A stretch of DNA of 64,000 bases, taken from contig JACDBH010000002.1 in the NCBI GenBank assembly GCA_013694995.1, positions 17,425-81,424 on the forward strand, written 5' to 3'. Origin of the DNA: Candidatus Saccharimonadota bacterium. GTDB taxonomy: Bacteria; Patescibacteriota; Saccharimonadia; Saccharimonadales; JACDBH01. Every line of letters begins with the position of its first letter. Within the stretch, counting starts at the first letter, position 1. This document shows positions 27,639 to 36,526 of the stretch, in pieces. The notes under the pieces are model-generated. The model was given only the letters and a program-made list of their open reading frames with translations, was not told the origin of the DNA and ran no database searches. A program made the translations under genes and the position numbers.

Positions 27639-28865
27639 GTGCAGGATGAGGCAGACAAACAGCCGGCTATATTAGAAAAACGTCGTAAAAAAGGCCGGTT
27701 CCTACCGCGCTTAAGTTATCTGGTACTAGCCCTGGCTATTTTTACAGCCGGCTGGCTAGCCGGCTGTGGACGCTTGCAAGTCCGGCAATACGGGGCAGTT
27801 AGTAGCAATAGTGGCTTACCGGATAAGCTTGATCTTTCTAGCGTCGATAGCATCTATCAATCATTAAAAAATAATTTTGATGGCACGCTCGACGAAGCAG
27901 CTTTGCTGGACGGCATTAAAAGTGGCCTGGCAAAAGCTACAGGTGACCCATACACTGAGTACTTTAACGCTGAAGGTGCTGAAGAGTTTACTAACGAAAT
28001 TGACGGAGTATTTGAAGGCATCGGAGCTCAACTAGGCAAGGATGCCGACAATAATATTATTATCATTTCGCCGCTTTCTGGCTATCCGGCCGAACGAGCT
28101 GGGCTTAAACCAAAAGATATTATTGCCCAGATAGACGGTGAAACCGCATATGACTTGACAATCGGTGAGGCTGTCGACAAGATCCGAGGCGAAAAGGGCA
28201 CTACGGTAATACTTACCATTGTACGCGATGGCAAACCCATAGAGATTCCGGTTGTACGCGAACAAATAGACGTACCGAGCGTAAAATCTGAAATCAAAGA
28301 CGGCATCGGTGTCATAGAAATTACCCGATTTGGTGACGATACGGTTGAGTTGGCCCGTAAGGCCGCACAAGATTTCAAAGCCGCAAATGTAAAAGGTATC
28401 GTGCTTGATTTGAGGGGCAACCCTGGCGGCTACTTGGAGGGTTCGGTTGATGTTGCCAGTCTATGGCTTGATAAGGGCACGACAATTCTAACTGAAAGGC
28501 GCGAGAATGTGGTAATAAATACGATTTCAGCTAAAGGCAACCCGCTATTAAAAGGTATACCGACTATAGTGCTAATCGATGAAGGCAGCGCCAGTGCCTC
28601 TGAAATCCTAGCTGGAGCTCTTAAGGACAATAACGCAGCAACACTTATCGGTCAGAAATCTTTCGGTAAAGGCTCGGTCCAACAACCAGTTAATTTGCGT
28701 GACGGGGGACTACTTAAAGTAACGATTGCAAGATGGTTTACGCCTGCAGGCAAAAACATAGATAAAGAAGGTATAGAGCCTGATACCGCAATCGAGCTGA
28801 AGCCGGAAGATGTGACCGCCGGGCGAGATCCGCAACTCGACGCCGCTATAGCTAAATTACGATAA
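27639..28865 (+). CDS. ctpA: S41 C-terminal processing peptidase
   Basis: 408 aa, GTG start after an AAGAGGG SD. PDZ domain, then RGNPGG, GSASASE and FGKGSVQ motifs. Confidence 0.9.
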   Translation: MQDEADKQPAILEKRRKKGRFLPRLSYLVLALAIFTAGWLAGCGRLQVRQYGAVSSNSGLPDKLDLSSVDSIYQSLKNNFDGTLDEAALLDGIKSGLAKATGDPYTEYFNAEGAEEFTNEIDGVFEGIGAQLGKDADNNIIIISPLSGYPAERAGLKPKDIIAQIDGETAYDLTIGEAVDKIRGEKGTTVILTIVRDGKPIEIPVVREQIDVPSVKSEIKDGIGVIEITRFGDDTVELARKAAQDFKAANVKGIVLDLRGNPGGYLEGSVDVASLWLDKGTTILTERRENVVINTISAKGNPLLKGIPTIVLIDEGSASASEILAGALKDNNAATLIGQKSFGKGSVQQPVNLRDGGLLKVTIARWFTPAGKNIDKEGIEPDTAIELKPEDVTAGRDPQLDAAIAKLR

Positions 28866-28936
28866 CTTAAATTTGGCTCTACTGAGTCGGACATGGTAGC
28901 ATTGTTACATAAAAGTACAAGGGGATTAATAGGGCC

Positions 28937-30532
28937 GTGACCAAACGACCGACTAAGTTCGTGTTTGTGACAGGAGGTGTACTTTCCGGAGTCGGAAAGG
29001 GTATTACCGCCGCTTCCATCGGCAATATTCTCAAATCTCGTGGCGTCTCCGTTAATATTCAAAAATGCGATCCCTATCTAAACGTTGATGCCGGAACGCT
29101 CAACCCAGCCGAACATGGCGAGTGTTTTGTAACCAAAGACGGGGCTGAAACTGATCTGGACCTTGGACATTACGAACGCTTCCTCGACATGGAACTTACG
29201 CATTCCAGTTCTTTGATGAGCGGCCGGATTTTGCAAAAAGTCATTGCCGACGAGCGCGCCGGCAAATACTTGGGTAAAACCGTGCAATTCATTCCCCATG
29301 TTACTAGTGCAATTCAAAATGAAATACTCTCTACCGCCGAAGGCTTTGATGTCCATATCGTTGAAATTGGAGGAACCGTCGGTGACTACGAGGGCCTAAG
29401 TTTTATTGAGGCTATTCGTGAGCTTGCACTGCGCCTCGGTCCTCAGCGCTGTATATTCGTCCACGTTGTTTATTTGCCGTATTTAGGCGCCAGCCAGGAA
29501 ATTAAGACTAAGCCTGCTCAGAACGCAGTCCGCGAACTTAGGGGACTGGGTATTGTCCCGGACATTTTAGTAGCCCGCAGCGAGGATAAAGCCGACAGCC
29601 ATGTAATTGATAAATTAAGCTTATTTAGCGGGGTAGAGAAGGAAGCGATTGTGCTACTACCTAATGCCAGTACAATCTATGAAGTGCCCCTGACACTCGA
29701 GGCCAAGGGAATAGATGACGTTATTGTGAGTAAGCTGGACCTGAAAGCCCGCAAGTCGGACATGAAGGAGTGGCGGCAAGTCGTTGCCCGGGCCCATAAC
29801 GGCCATAAGAAAACCGTTAAGATTGGAATTGTCGCCAAGTACCTCAATAATCAGGATACGTATATGTCAGTATTTGAAGCCTTAAGGGCAGCGTCATGGC
29901 ATGAAGAAATCAAGGCACAGCTGGTCTGGATAGATGCCGAGAGGTTAGATAATGAGAAACAAGTCGCTGTAGCACTAAAAGGAGTCGATGGGATTGTTGT
30001 TCCTGGAGGTTTCGGTATACGCGGTCTAGAAGGCAAGATAAGAGCCGCACAGTATTCCTTAAAAAATAAATTGCCGTATTTAGGCCTGTGCCTCGGATTG
30101 CAAATGGCGGTGGTTGCCGCAGCTAGAAACGCTGGACTTAAGACTGCTTCTTCAAAAGAACTTGATCCTAAAGCTAAAGATTTAATAATTACAACTATGA
30201 ATAATCAGGTTGGAAAGGAAAATACCGGTGGCACAATGAGACTAGGGGACTATGACTGCAAGTTAAGTCCCGGCAGCCTGGCCCGTAAGCTATACGCCCG
30301 TGACATGATAGTTGAGCGCCACCGACACCGCTATGAGTGCAATAATGATTATCGGGATAAATATGAGTCATGGGGTATTAGGGCTTCTGGAGTCTCGCCC
30401 GACAATCATCTGGTGGAAATAATAGAAGGTACCGATCACCCGTTCTTTATTGCCAGTCAATTCCATCCCGAATTCAAATCTCGTCCCAATCATCCGCACC
30501 CTATGTTCAGTGGCTTTATTAAATCGCTATAG
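28937..30532 (+). CDS. pyrG: CTP synthase
   Basis: 531 aa. FVTGGVLSGVGKGI N-terminus and a GATase domain (GLCLGLQ, QFHPEF). Confidence 0.96.
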   Translation: MTKRPTKFVFVTGGVLSGVGKGITAASIGNILKSRGVSVNIQKCDPYLNVDAGTLNPAEHGECFVTKDGAETDLDLGHYERFLDMELTHSSSLMSGRILQKVIADERAGKYLGKTVQFIPHVTSAIQNEILSTAEGFDVHIVEIGGTVGDYEGLSFIEAIRELALRLGPQRCIFVHVVYLPYLGASQEIKTKPAQNAVRELRGLGIVPDILVARSEDKADSHVIDKLSLFSGVEKEAIVLLPNASTIYEVPLTLEAKGIDDVIVSKLDLKARKSDMKEWRQVVARAHNGHKKTVKIGIVAKYLNNQDTYMSVFEALRAASWHEEIKAQLVWIDAERLDNEKQVAVALKGVDGIVVPGGFGIRGLEGKIRAAQYSLKNKLPYLGLCLGLQMAVVAAARNAGLKTASSKELDPKAKDLIITTMNNQVGKENTGGTMRLGDYDCKLSPGSLARKLYARDMIVERHRHRYECNNDYRDKYESWGIRASGVSPDNHLVEIIEGTDHPFFIASQFHPEFKSRPNHPHPMFSGFIKSL

Positions 30533-30572
30533 CGCACAACCTTTATTGCTAATTCAATCACCTTGAGTTAGC

Positions 30573-30974
30573 ATGAGTGGTATGGAAGAAAATCTTGGAC
30601 AGCGCCGTAAAAAAATTTTGTTAGTTGAAGACGATGACGGTCTGGCGCAGGTTTATGTTATCCGCCTCGAGACCGAAGGTTTTGAGATCAAACGCGTTCC
30701 CAACGGCGAAGATGCCCTGGCTGCCACTCTAGAATTCAAACCCGATTTAATCCTGCTCGATGTTATGATGCCGAAGGTTAGCGGATTTGATGTACTGGAT
30801 ATTCTGCGCAATACTCCGGAAACAGCAAACGTTAAGGTAATCATGTTAACGGCGCTCAGCCAGGAGACAGACCGCGAAAAGGCCCAGAGCATGGGCGTGG
30901 ATGATTACCTCGTTAAATCCCAGGTTGTTATCGCTGACGTCGTTGAACGCGTGAAACTCCAACTCGGCGTCTAA
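30573..30974 (+). CDS. Single-domain response regulator (CheY-like receiver)
   Basis: 133 aa. Canonical residues are present: VEDDD, DLILLDVMMP, MLTAL and a conserved Lys (LVKS). Confidence 0.88.
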   Translation: MSGMEENLGQRRKKILLVEDDDGLAQVYVIRLETEGFEIKRVPNGEDALAATLEFKPDLILLDVMMPKVSGFDVLDILRNTPETANVKVIMLTALSQETDREKAQSMGVDDYLVKSQVVIADVVERVKLQLGV

Positions 30975-30981
30975 AATTATA

Positions 30982-31010
30982 TTGACAAATTTATAAGCTT
31001 GTGTTATTAT
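30982..31010 (+). promoter_or_regulatory. Near-consensus promoter TTGACA-17-(TGt)TATTAT for the 91-aa ORF
   Basis: TTGACA 30982-30987, 17-nt spacer, TGt + TATTAT 31002-31010. Confidence 0.6.
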
Positions 31011-31054
31011 GTAATTATTGGGCTGAAATAAACAAGTTACAAAGGAGAAATAGA

Positions 31055-31330
31055 ATGAACGAACAAGTACCAGAAATAATCGACCGAGTACCAACGACTG
31101 CAGAACTGCAAGGTAAAGAGCAGGTGTTAATTACTAGCGTTCCTGGCATGGAGCAAATCGTAAGTGTCGAACCAGTAGAGACAGAAGCTCCTTTAGGTAG
31201 TCGCCAAAATCCCGTTGTAGTGAAAGGGGCTAATTTTAGAGGTGACCCAAGAAAAGTACCCGGCCATCCATCGAATCCTACGAGTGATATGTCTGAAGCA
31301 TTTGGTGAATATTTAGATAAGCGTGAGTAA
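31055..31330 (+). CDS. Small acidic hypothetical protein (91 aa)
   Basis: AAAGGAG SD 7 nt before the ATG, a consensus promoter upstream and a strong hairpin downstream. The track start (31001) was trimmed. Confidence 0.6.
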   Translation: MNEQVPEIIDRVPTTAELQGKEQVLITSVPGMEQIVSVEPVETEAPLGSRQNPVVVKGANFRGDPRKVPGHPSNPTSDMSEAFGEYLDKRE

Positions 31331-31350
31331 CAACAGTAATTTTTAAACAT

Positions 31351-31379
31351 AAAAGGCCGGTTCTATGAACCGACCTTTT
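31351..31379. terminator. Bidirectional hairpin between convergent genes (91-aa ORF and rpmA)
   Basis: AAAAGGCCGGTTC-TAT-GAACCGACCTTTT: 13-bp stem with one mismatch, A/T runs on both sides. Confidence 0.65.
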
Positions 31380-31392
31380 ATATTAGGATAAA

Positions 31393-31665
31393 TTACTGGA
31401 CAGTGACTTCGGTGCGCCAAGCAGTTTTGCCGGTGAAGGTCTGGACTTTACGCTGACGGAAGGCTACAACACCGTCACGAGCCGCGTGGATAGTGTAGTT
31501 ACGAGATACTTTGGTACCATCGCCGCCGCGCTTGCTCATGCCGACCTGGCGGACAATAATTTGGCCGATTTTAACCTTTTCGCCGCCAAACAACTTAACA
31601 CCTAGGCGAGGGCCGCCGTTGTTATGGTTGTTTTTGCTGGTTCCACCTGCTTTTACGTGTGACAT
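31393..31665 (-). CDS. rpmA: 50S ribosomal protein L27
   Basis: 90 aa. MSHVKAGGTSKNN...RLGVKLFGGEKV...IIVRQVG pattern. Confidence 0.93.
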   Translation of the reverse strand: MSHVKAGGTSKNNHNNGGPRLGVKLFGGEKVKIGQIIVRQVGMSKRGGDGTKVSRNYTIHAARDGVVAFRQRKVQTFTGKTAWRTEVTVQ

Positions 31666-31678
31666 AGTGTTCGATTCC

Positions 31679-32845
31679 TTAGCTCTTTTCTAAAACTACG
31701 AGTTCACGGGCGACAATTTGGTCTGGTCTATGGTAGATCAGATCCTCATAAGAGGCGTGAACAAAACTCAAGCGAGTATACCCCAAATCTTTGAGATGGT
31801 CAAGCGTTCTAAGGTGTAAAAATCTGTGTTTTTGTTTCCAGGCTGGCACTGCAAGCGCAAGTTTTGCACCTTTTTTTAATTGACGGGCAATATTTTGTAA
31901 AAATTTTTCATTAAGTAAGTCGGGTTCTTTCATTATTTGATCGAGCACATGTCGGGGAGGTAATGACGTAAGCGGCTTACCCAAGAACGTCTCACTAACG
32001 ATACTATCGATCGGCGGATGCCAAACCAGGGTAGTGGAATCGCCTTGTTCGACGGTTCCATTGATTTTTACCCCATGGGAGCTATTGAGCCACTTGAGGT
32101 TTTCTATCGTATAACTAACCATCCGTTTATCAACATCGGTACCGTAGATCTCGAGCCCCATTAATGCTGCCTCCTGAAGTACTACACCCGTACCGCAAAA
32201 TGGGTCAAGTACCGTAGCGCCAGTGGCTGGATTAGCGAGATTAATCAAAATTTGCGCAAGCTTAGGTGGTAACATGCCGACCTTAGGGTCGCGCATAGGG
32301 CGATTCTGGTCCCGCCGGGCATAGGCATCAATATCTTGCTCCGCTGCTGTCAATCCAAGAATAGTCTGCTGTTCATCACGGACAAGTACTAGTTCCCAGC
32401 CGGTAGGGGTGGTGAGCTGGTTATGGAGCACCTGGGCGCTATTGAGTGCCGGTGCTTTATTGGGTATTATCCGCACCGAGCGGTCCTGAGCTTTAATAAT
32501 CTTCTTAAGCCTAAGCCCGGTGGCGTTGATATCGCGAGGCGATACCGACAGCCCGTAAGTGCTAAGCCCCAACTTGAATTTACCCTCAGGAACATACTGC
32601 AAATGTTCGGGTATCATTTTTCCTAGATAGGTTTCTATATCCGGCCAGTTTATTGTATCGAGAACATTTAATAGCTTACATAGTTTGATGCTGCCACCTA
32701 GTCGGACAAAATTAATCTCATTAGTGTCAACATCAAGCAGGGCAGCCTGCGTGCCTGCTGGTTTCACTGCAGCATGGCCATAAATACTTTCGAGTTCGGC
32801 TAATCCGATAAATGGCTGTCTACCTAAAATAATCAAACTCTTCAT
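31679..32845 (-). CDS. SAM-dependent methyltransferase (UPF0020/Trm11-like, probably RNA)
   Basis: 388 aa. VLDPFCGTGVVLQEAALMG motif I. About 190 aa N-terminal domain of unknown fold. Confidence 0.7.
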   Translation of the reverse strand: MKSLIILGRQPFIGLAELESIYGHAAVKPAGTQAALLDVDTNEINFVRLGGSIKLCKLLNVLDTINWPDIETYLGKMIPEHLQYVPEGKFKLGLSTYGLSVSPRDINATGLRLKKIIKAQDRSVRIIPNKAPALNSAQVLHNQLTTPTGWELVLVRDEQQTILGLTAAEQDIDAYARRDQNRPMRDPKVGMLPPKLAQILINLANPATGATVLDPFCGTGVVLQEAALMGLEIYGTDVDKRMVSYTIENLKWLNSSHGVKINGTVEQGDSTTLVWHPPIDSIVSETFLGKPLTSLPPRHVLDQIMKEPDLLNEKFLQNIARQLKKGAKLALAVPAWKQKHRFLHLRTLDHLKDLGYTRLSFVHASYEDLIYHRPDQIVARELVVLEKS

Positions 32846-32902
32846 TCTTAAATAGTATACATAAAAACCGCCGTCGCTTGTCGTATAATAGCTTGCAGGT
32901 AT

Positions 32903-33979
32903 ATGGCAGCGAAAATTAAGTTAAACTTTAAATTCTGGCTCAATATTATAACGATTGGGGCTTTGGTATTCCTGGTGGTTATTTCATGGGACCAGATAAT
33001 CGAGGCTTTCCGGAAGTTGGATAGTCTCAATACCTGGGCATTGTTACTTATGATTCCAATCCAGCTCATAAGTTACTACGGTGTGGCCCGATTATATCGC
33101 GACTTTTTTGCTTCGCAAGGTGAGCATGTACCCCTTAAAACCCTCTACTCAGTCGCGCTTGAGCTTAATTTTGTGAATCATGTGTTTCCAAGCGGTGGAG
33201 TTAGTGGATTCAGTTACCTTAGTTTGCGCTTAAAGAACTTAGGTATTAGTACTGCTAAGAGTACATTGGCTCAGATTTTGCGCTTTACACTAACATTTAT
33301 TTCTTTTTTGGTGTTGCTATTTTTTGGCATGATTATGCTGTCGTTTGGTTCTAATACCAGCCCGCTAACTATTCTTATTAGTTCAACTATAATTTTTATG
33401 ACTATTTTTGGCGTCATGGTTGGGGTTTATATAATTAGTGAACTAAGGCGAATCAATGCATTTGTCAGCTGGTTGCCCAGGGCGCTCAATAAGTTAATTG
33501 GTGTCTTCCGTAAGAACCGCCGATCAGTCATAGATATCGCTAAAGTTGAAAAAACCCTCGAGGACCTACATCAGGATTATATTTTGCTGCGTAAGGATCT
33601 GGGGCAGATCAAGAAGCTACTTGGTTGGGCGCTACTAATTAATATTACCGAAGTACTCACAATCTATATGGTTTACATTGCGTTCGGTAGCCTTATAAAC
33701 CCTGGCGCGCTCATCATAGCCTATGCAGTAGCTAATTTTGCTGGGCTAATAGCCGTATTGCCTGGAGGCGTGGGTATTTATGAGGGTTTAATGACGGCGG
33801 TGCTAGCTAGCGCTGGCGTTGAAAAAGCCCTGGCGTTGTCAGCGACTGTCATTTACCGTGTTTTGAGCATGCTGTACTTCCTGCCGGTGGGGTATTATCT
33901 ATATCAGCGTGCGCTCAAGAAATCAGACGGAAAAATTAAACCATCCAAAACCGATGTTACCTCTTTTATCACCAAGTGA
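32903..33979 (+). CDS. UPF0104 / flippase-like (MprF-TM-like) membrane protein
   Basis: 358 aa, about 8 TM helices. LPGGVGIYEGLMTAVL motif typical of the family. Confidence 0.7.
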   Translation: MAAKIKLNFKFWLNIITIGALVFLVVISWDQIIEAFRKLDSLNTWALLLMIPIQLISYYGVARLYRDFFASQGEHVPLKTLYSVALELNFVNHVFPSGGVSGFSYLSLRLKNLGISTAKSTLAQILRFTLTFISFLVLLFFGMIMLSFGSNTSPLTILISSTIIFMTIFGVMVGVYIISELRRINAFVSWLPRALNKLIGVFRKNRRSVIDIAKVEKTLEDLHQDYILLRKDLGQIKKLLGWALLINITEVLTIYMVYIAFGSLINPGALIIAYAVANFAGLIAVLPGGVGIYEGLMTAVLASAGVEKALALSATVIYRVLSMLYFLPVGYYLYQRALKKSDGKIKPSKTDVTSFITK

Positions 33980-35057
33980 ATTCGTAGCCCTAGTTAATCA
34001 AACATTGGAGTTCGCGTATCCTCTAGTGGAGATAGAAGGCGAAGTAAGTAACTTTAAAATCAGTAAAAATCGATGGGTTTATTTCGATATTCAGGACGAA
34101 GGAGCCAAAGTTCGCTGCTTCGGAACAGTCTATATGTTGCCGGCGCCGGTTGAGGATGGCATGATGGTGCGTCTCGTTTCAATACCTAAGCTGCATCCTC
34201 AATTTGGCTTCAGCTGCAATCTTCAGTCGCTACAATTCAGTGGCGAAGGGACAATCAAAAAAGCGTCAGATCTGTTGGCAGCCCAATTAGAAAAGGAGGG
34301 TTTATTTGCAGCTGAGCGAAAACGTCAGCTGCCGTATCCGCCGCAACGCATTGCATTAATTGCGTCGAGTGAATCCGCAGGATATAAGGATTTTTTAAAA
34401 ATATTAGAGAGCCGTTACGGCGGCATGGAAATTGAACTGGCTGACGTACAAGTACAAGGCGAAGCCGCTGTGCAGCAGATTGTTAGCGCTATAGAATGGT
34501 TCAACAAGCAGGCCGACCTTGCTGATGTTATAGTTTTAACTCGCGGCGGTGGCAGTGCTGACGACCTACAGGCCTTTAGCTCGGAGCAAGTGACGAGGGC
34601 GGTAGCTAGCAGCCGTATACCCACTATAATTGCAATTGGCCACGAGGTAGATATAAGCCTAGCAGAATTAGCGGCCGACAAACGGGCCAGTACACCTAGT
34701 AATGCCGCTGAAATATTAGTACCCGACAGACGCGCCCTATTGCAGGAACTATCTATGACCACTAAACAGCTTGAACGAGATTTTATGGCATCAATCGTGC
34801 AACAATCAGAATTTATACATGCACTCAGAGGCCAGCTAGATAGTGTTTTGCAACGTATGTTGACTAGTAAACAAACAGAGCTTATGCACCTGAGCCGTAC
34901 ACTAGAAGTACTGAGCCCACAAGCTATATTGCGCCGCGGCTATAGTATTGTACGGTCGCTGGATGGCAGGGCAGTGCGGATTGCAAAGTCATTACGTGCA
35001 AAAGACATGGTAAAGATAGAATTTGCCGACGGCAATGTAGAGGCTAAGGTACAATAA
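33954..35057 (+). CDS. xseA: Exodeoxyribonuclease VII large subunit
   Basis: Starts MLPLLSPSEFVALVNQTLE with EIEGEVSNF (OB fold). Contains TRGGGSADDL. The track start (33909) was trimmed. Confidence 0.92.
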   Translation: MLPLLSPSEFVALVNQTLEFAYPLVEIEGEVSNFKISKNRWVYFDIQDEGAKVRCFGTVYMLPAPVEDGMMVRLVSIPKLHPQFGFSCNLQSLQFSGEGTIKKASDLLAAQLEKEGLFAAERKRQLPYPPQRIALIASSESAGYKDFLKILESRYGGMEIELADVQVQGEAAVQQIVSAIEWFNKQADLADVIVLTRGGGSADDLQAFSSEQVTRAVASSRIPTIIAIGHEVDISLAELAADKRASTPSNAAEILVPDRRALLQELSMTTKQLERDFMASIVQQSEFIHALRGQLDSVLQRMLTSKQTELMHLSRTLEVLSPQAILRRGYSIVRSLDGRAVRIAKSLRAKDMVKIEFADGNVEAKVQ

Positions 35058-35061
35058 GCAA

Positions 35062-35259
35062 ATGAAACAATCCATGTCAGAACTACAATTTGAACTTGAG
35101 CAGATTATAGAATGGTTCGGGTCGGCCGATACTGATATAGATGAAGCGGCCGCTAAGTACAAGCGCGGCATGGAACTTATAGCATTACTTCAAGAGCGTC
35201 TTAAGGTCACTGAAAATACTGTTACCAAGCTCAAGCTGTCTTTTGATAAAAAAACATGA
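35062..35259 (+). CDS. xseB: Exodeoxyribonuclease VII small subunit
   Basis: 65 aa helical hairpin directly after xseA. Confidence 0.88.
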   Translation: MKQSMSELQFELEQIIEWFGSADTDIDEAAAKYKRGMELIALLQERLKVTENTVTKLKLSFDKKT

Positions 35260-35756
35260 GTATTATTAGTTTTGCACTCCTGGTTATTGGCCTGATTATT
35301 CTGTTGTTTGGTTTTGTTGTTGCATTTGGCGCCCCGTTTTTACCAACACTAAATAAACAGACCGAAGATATATTTACGCTATTAAATTTAAATCCTGGCC
35401 AGATTCTCTTGGAATTAGGAAGCGGTGACGGCAGGGTACTGTTAGCTGCCGCTAAGCGTGGTATAACCGCTATAGGCTATGAACTCAATCCGTTATTGGC
35501 AACCTTTAGCTGGCTGCGATGCTTTCGCTATAGACATCTTATTACTGTCCGGTGGGGAAACTACTGGCAGGCTTCTTGGCCACCGTGCGATGGAATCTAT
35601 GTGTTTCTACTCGATAAATATATGAAAAAACTGGATAAAAAAATTATTAGAGAAATTAGTAAACCCGTCAAGCTTGTGAGCTTTGCATTTAAAATACCAA
35701 ATAAGCGAGTGGTAACAGAGTCGCATGGACTTTTGTTGTACGAGTATCAGAAGTAG
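35256..35756 (+). CDS. TM-anchored class I SAM-dependent methyltransferase (FAM173-like?)
   Basis: 166 aa. N-terminal TM helix, GAPFLPT, and LELGSGDGRVLLAAAKRG motif I. Confidence 0.7.
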   Translation: MSIISFALLVIGLIILLFGFVVAFGAPFLPTLNKQTEDIFTLLNLNPGQILLELGSGDGRVLLAAAKRGITAIGYELNPLLATFSWLRCFRYRHLITVRWGNYWQASWPPCDGIYVFLLDKYMKKLDKKIIREISKPVKLVSFAFKIPNKRVVTESHGLLLYEYQK

Positions 35757-35839
35757 ACACTAGAAATTAATAGATAGTCCGAGCGAACTAGCTCATGCCT
35801 ATTTCCTAATTACTTTTTCTAAGCTAATATAAACGTAAT

Positions 35840-36490
35840 ATGCATAAGCTTGATCAAGCTGGGTCAATGGTGTTGCCGCTCGTTATTGTGAGTGTAATGT
35901 TTATTGCAAGTCTTGGCTTCGGTATTTGGGCATTTGCTGGCAGGCAAGACTATAAAAACAATTCAGACGCCAAAATCACGGCGGCGGTAGGAGTGGCCGA
36001 AGAAGCGCTGATTATCAAAAAGGACGAAGAGTTTGCCGAAAGCTCAAAGTCGCCCTACAAATCTTATCAAGGGCCAGTGACGTATGGCACGCTAACATTT
36101 GAATATCCCAAAACCTGGAGTGCTTATATAGATGAGAATGGCAGTGGAAGCCTTGTGCTTCAGGGCTTTGTTCATCCTAATTTCGTTCCTTCGACTGATT
36201 CAGCTGCAACATATGCGCTTCGTTTTGAGGTAGTCAATACTGGTTATGATCAGCTACTAAAGACGTACGAAAGTACAGTCAAAACAGGTAAGGTAAAACT
36301 TTCAGCCTACCGAGCTCCAAGGACCCAAAGCGAATTAGGTGCGCGAATCGAGGGCGAGATATCGAGTAAAAAGCAAGGCGTAATGGTTGTATTTCGACTC
36401 CGGGACAAATCTATCAAGGTTTGGACTGAGGGCCAAGAATACCGCGCGGATTTTGAAAGAGTCCTAGAAACGCTGACATTTGTTCCTTAG
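35840..36490 (+). CDS. Hypothetical N-terminally anchored protein
   Basis: 216 aa with one N-terminal TM helix. TATAAA lies 6 nt before the ATG. Confidence 0.6.
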   Translation: MHKLDQAGSMVLPLVIVSVMFIASLGFGIWAFAGRQDYKNNSDAKITAAVGVAEEALIIKKDEEFAESSKSPYKSYQGPVTYGTLTFEYPKTWSAYIDENGSGSLVLQGFVHPNFVPSTDSAATYALRFEVVNTGYDQLLKTYESTVKTGKVKLSAYRAPRTQSELGARIEGEISSKKQGVMVVFRLRDKSIKVWTEGQEYRADFERVLETLTFVP

Positions 36491-36526
36491 CCTATTTATA
36501 GTCGGCTATTACATTTTTGCTATGCT

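Noticed and set aside
28652-29062. Long antisense or alternative-frame ORFs in the track. Examples: 28652-29062 (136 aa), 42166-42627 (153 aa), 3736-4128, 13504-13899, 12109-12483, 248-541, 34415-34762, 37622-37969 and 25273-25614.
   Set aside because: Each lies almost entirely inside a well-supported gene on the other strand or frame. They have low-complexity or Ser/Arg/Leu-rich shadow composition and no start signals, so I treat them as frame shadows.
31393-32845. rpmA without rplU upstream, instead co-oriented behind a 388-aa methyltransferase gene. Possible novel operon?
   Set aside because: Separation of L21 and L27 occurs in various genomes. The 13-nt gap suggests co-transcription, but nothing in the sequence indicates a functional link beyond that.
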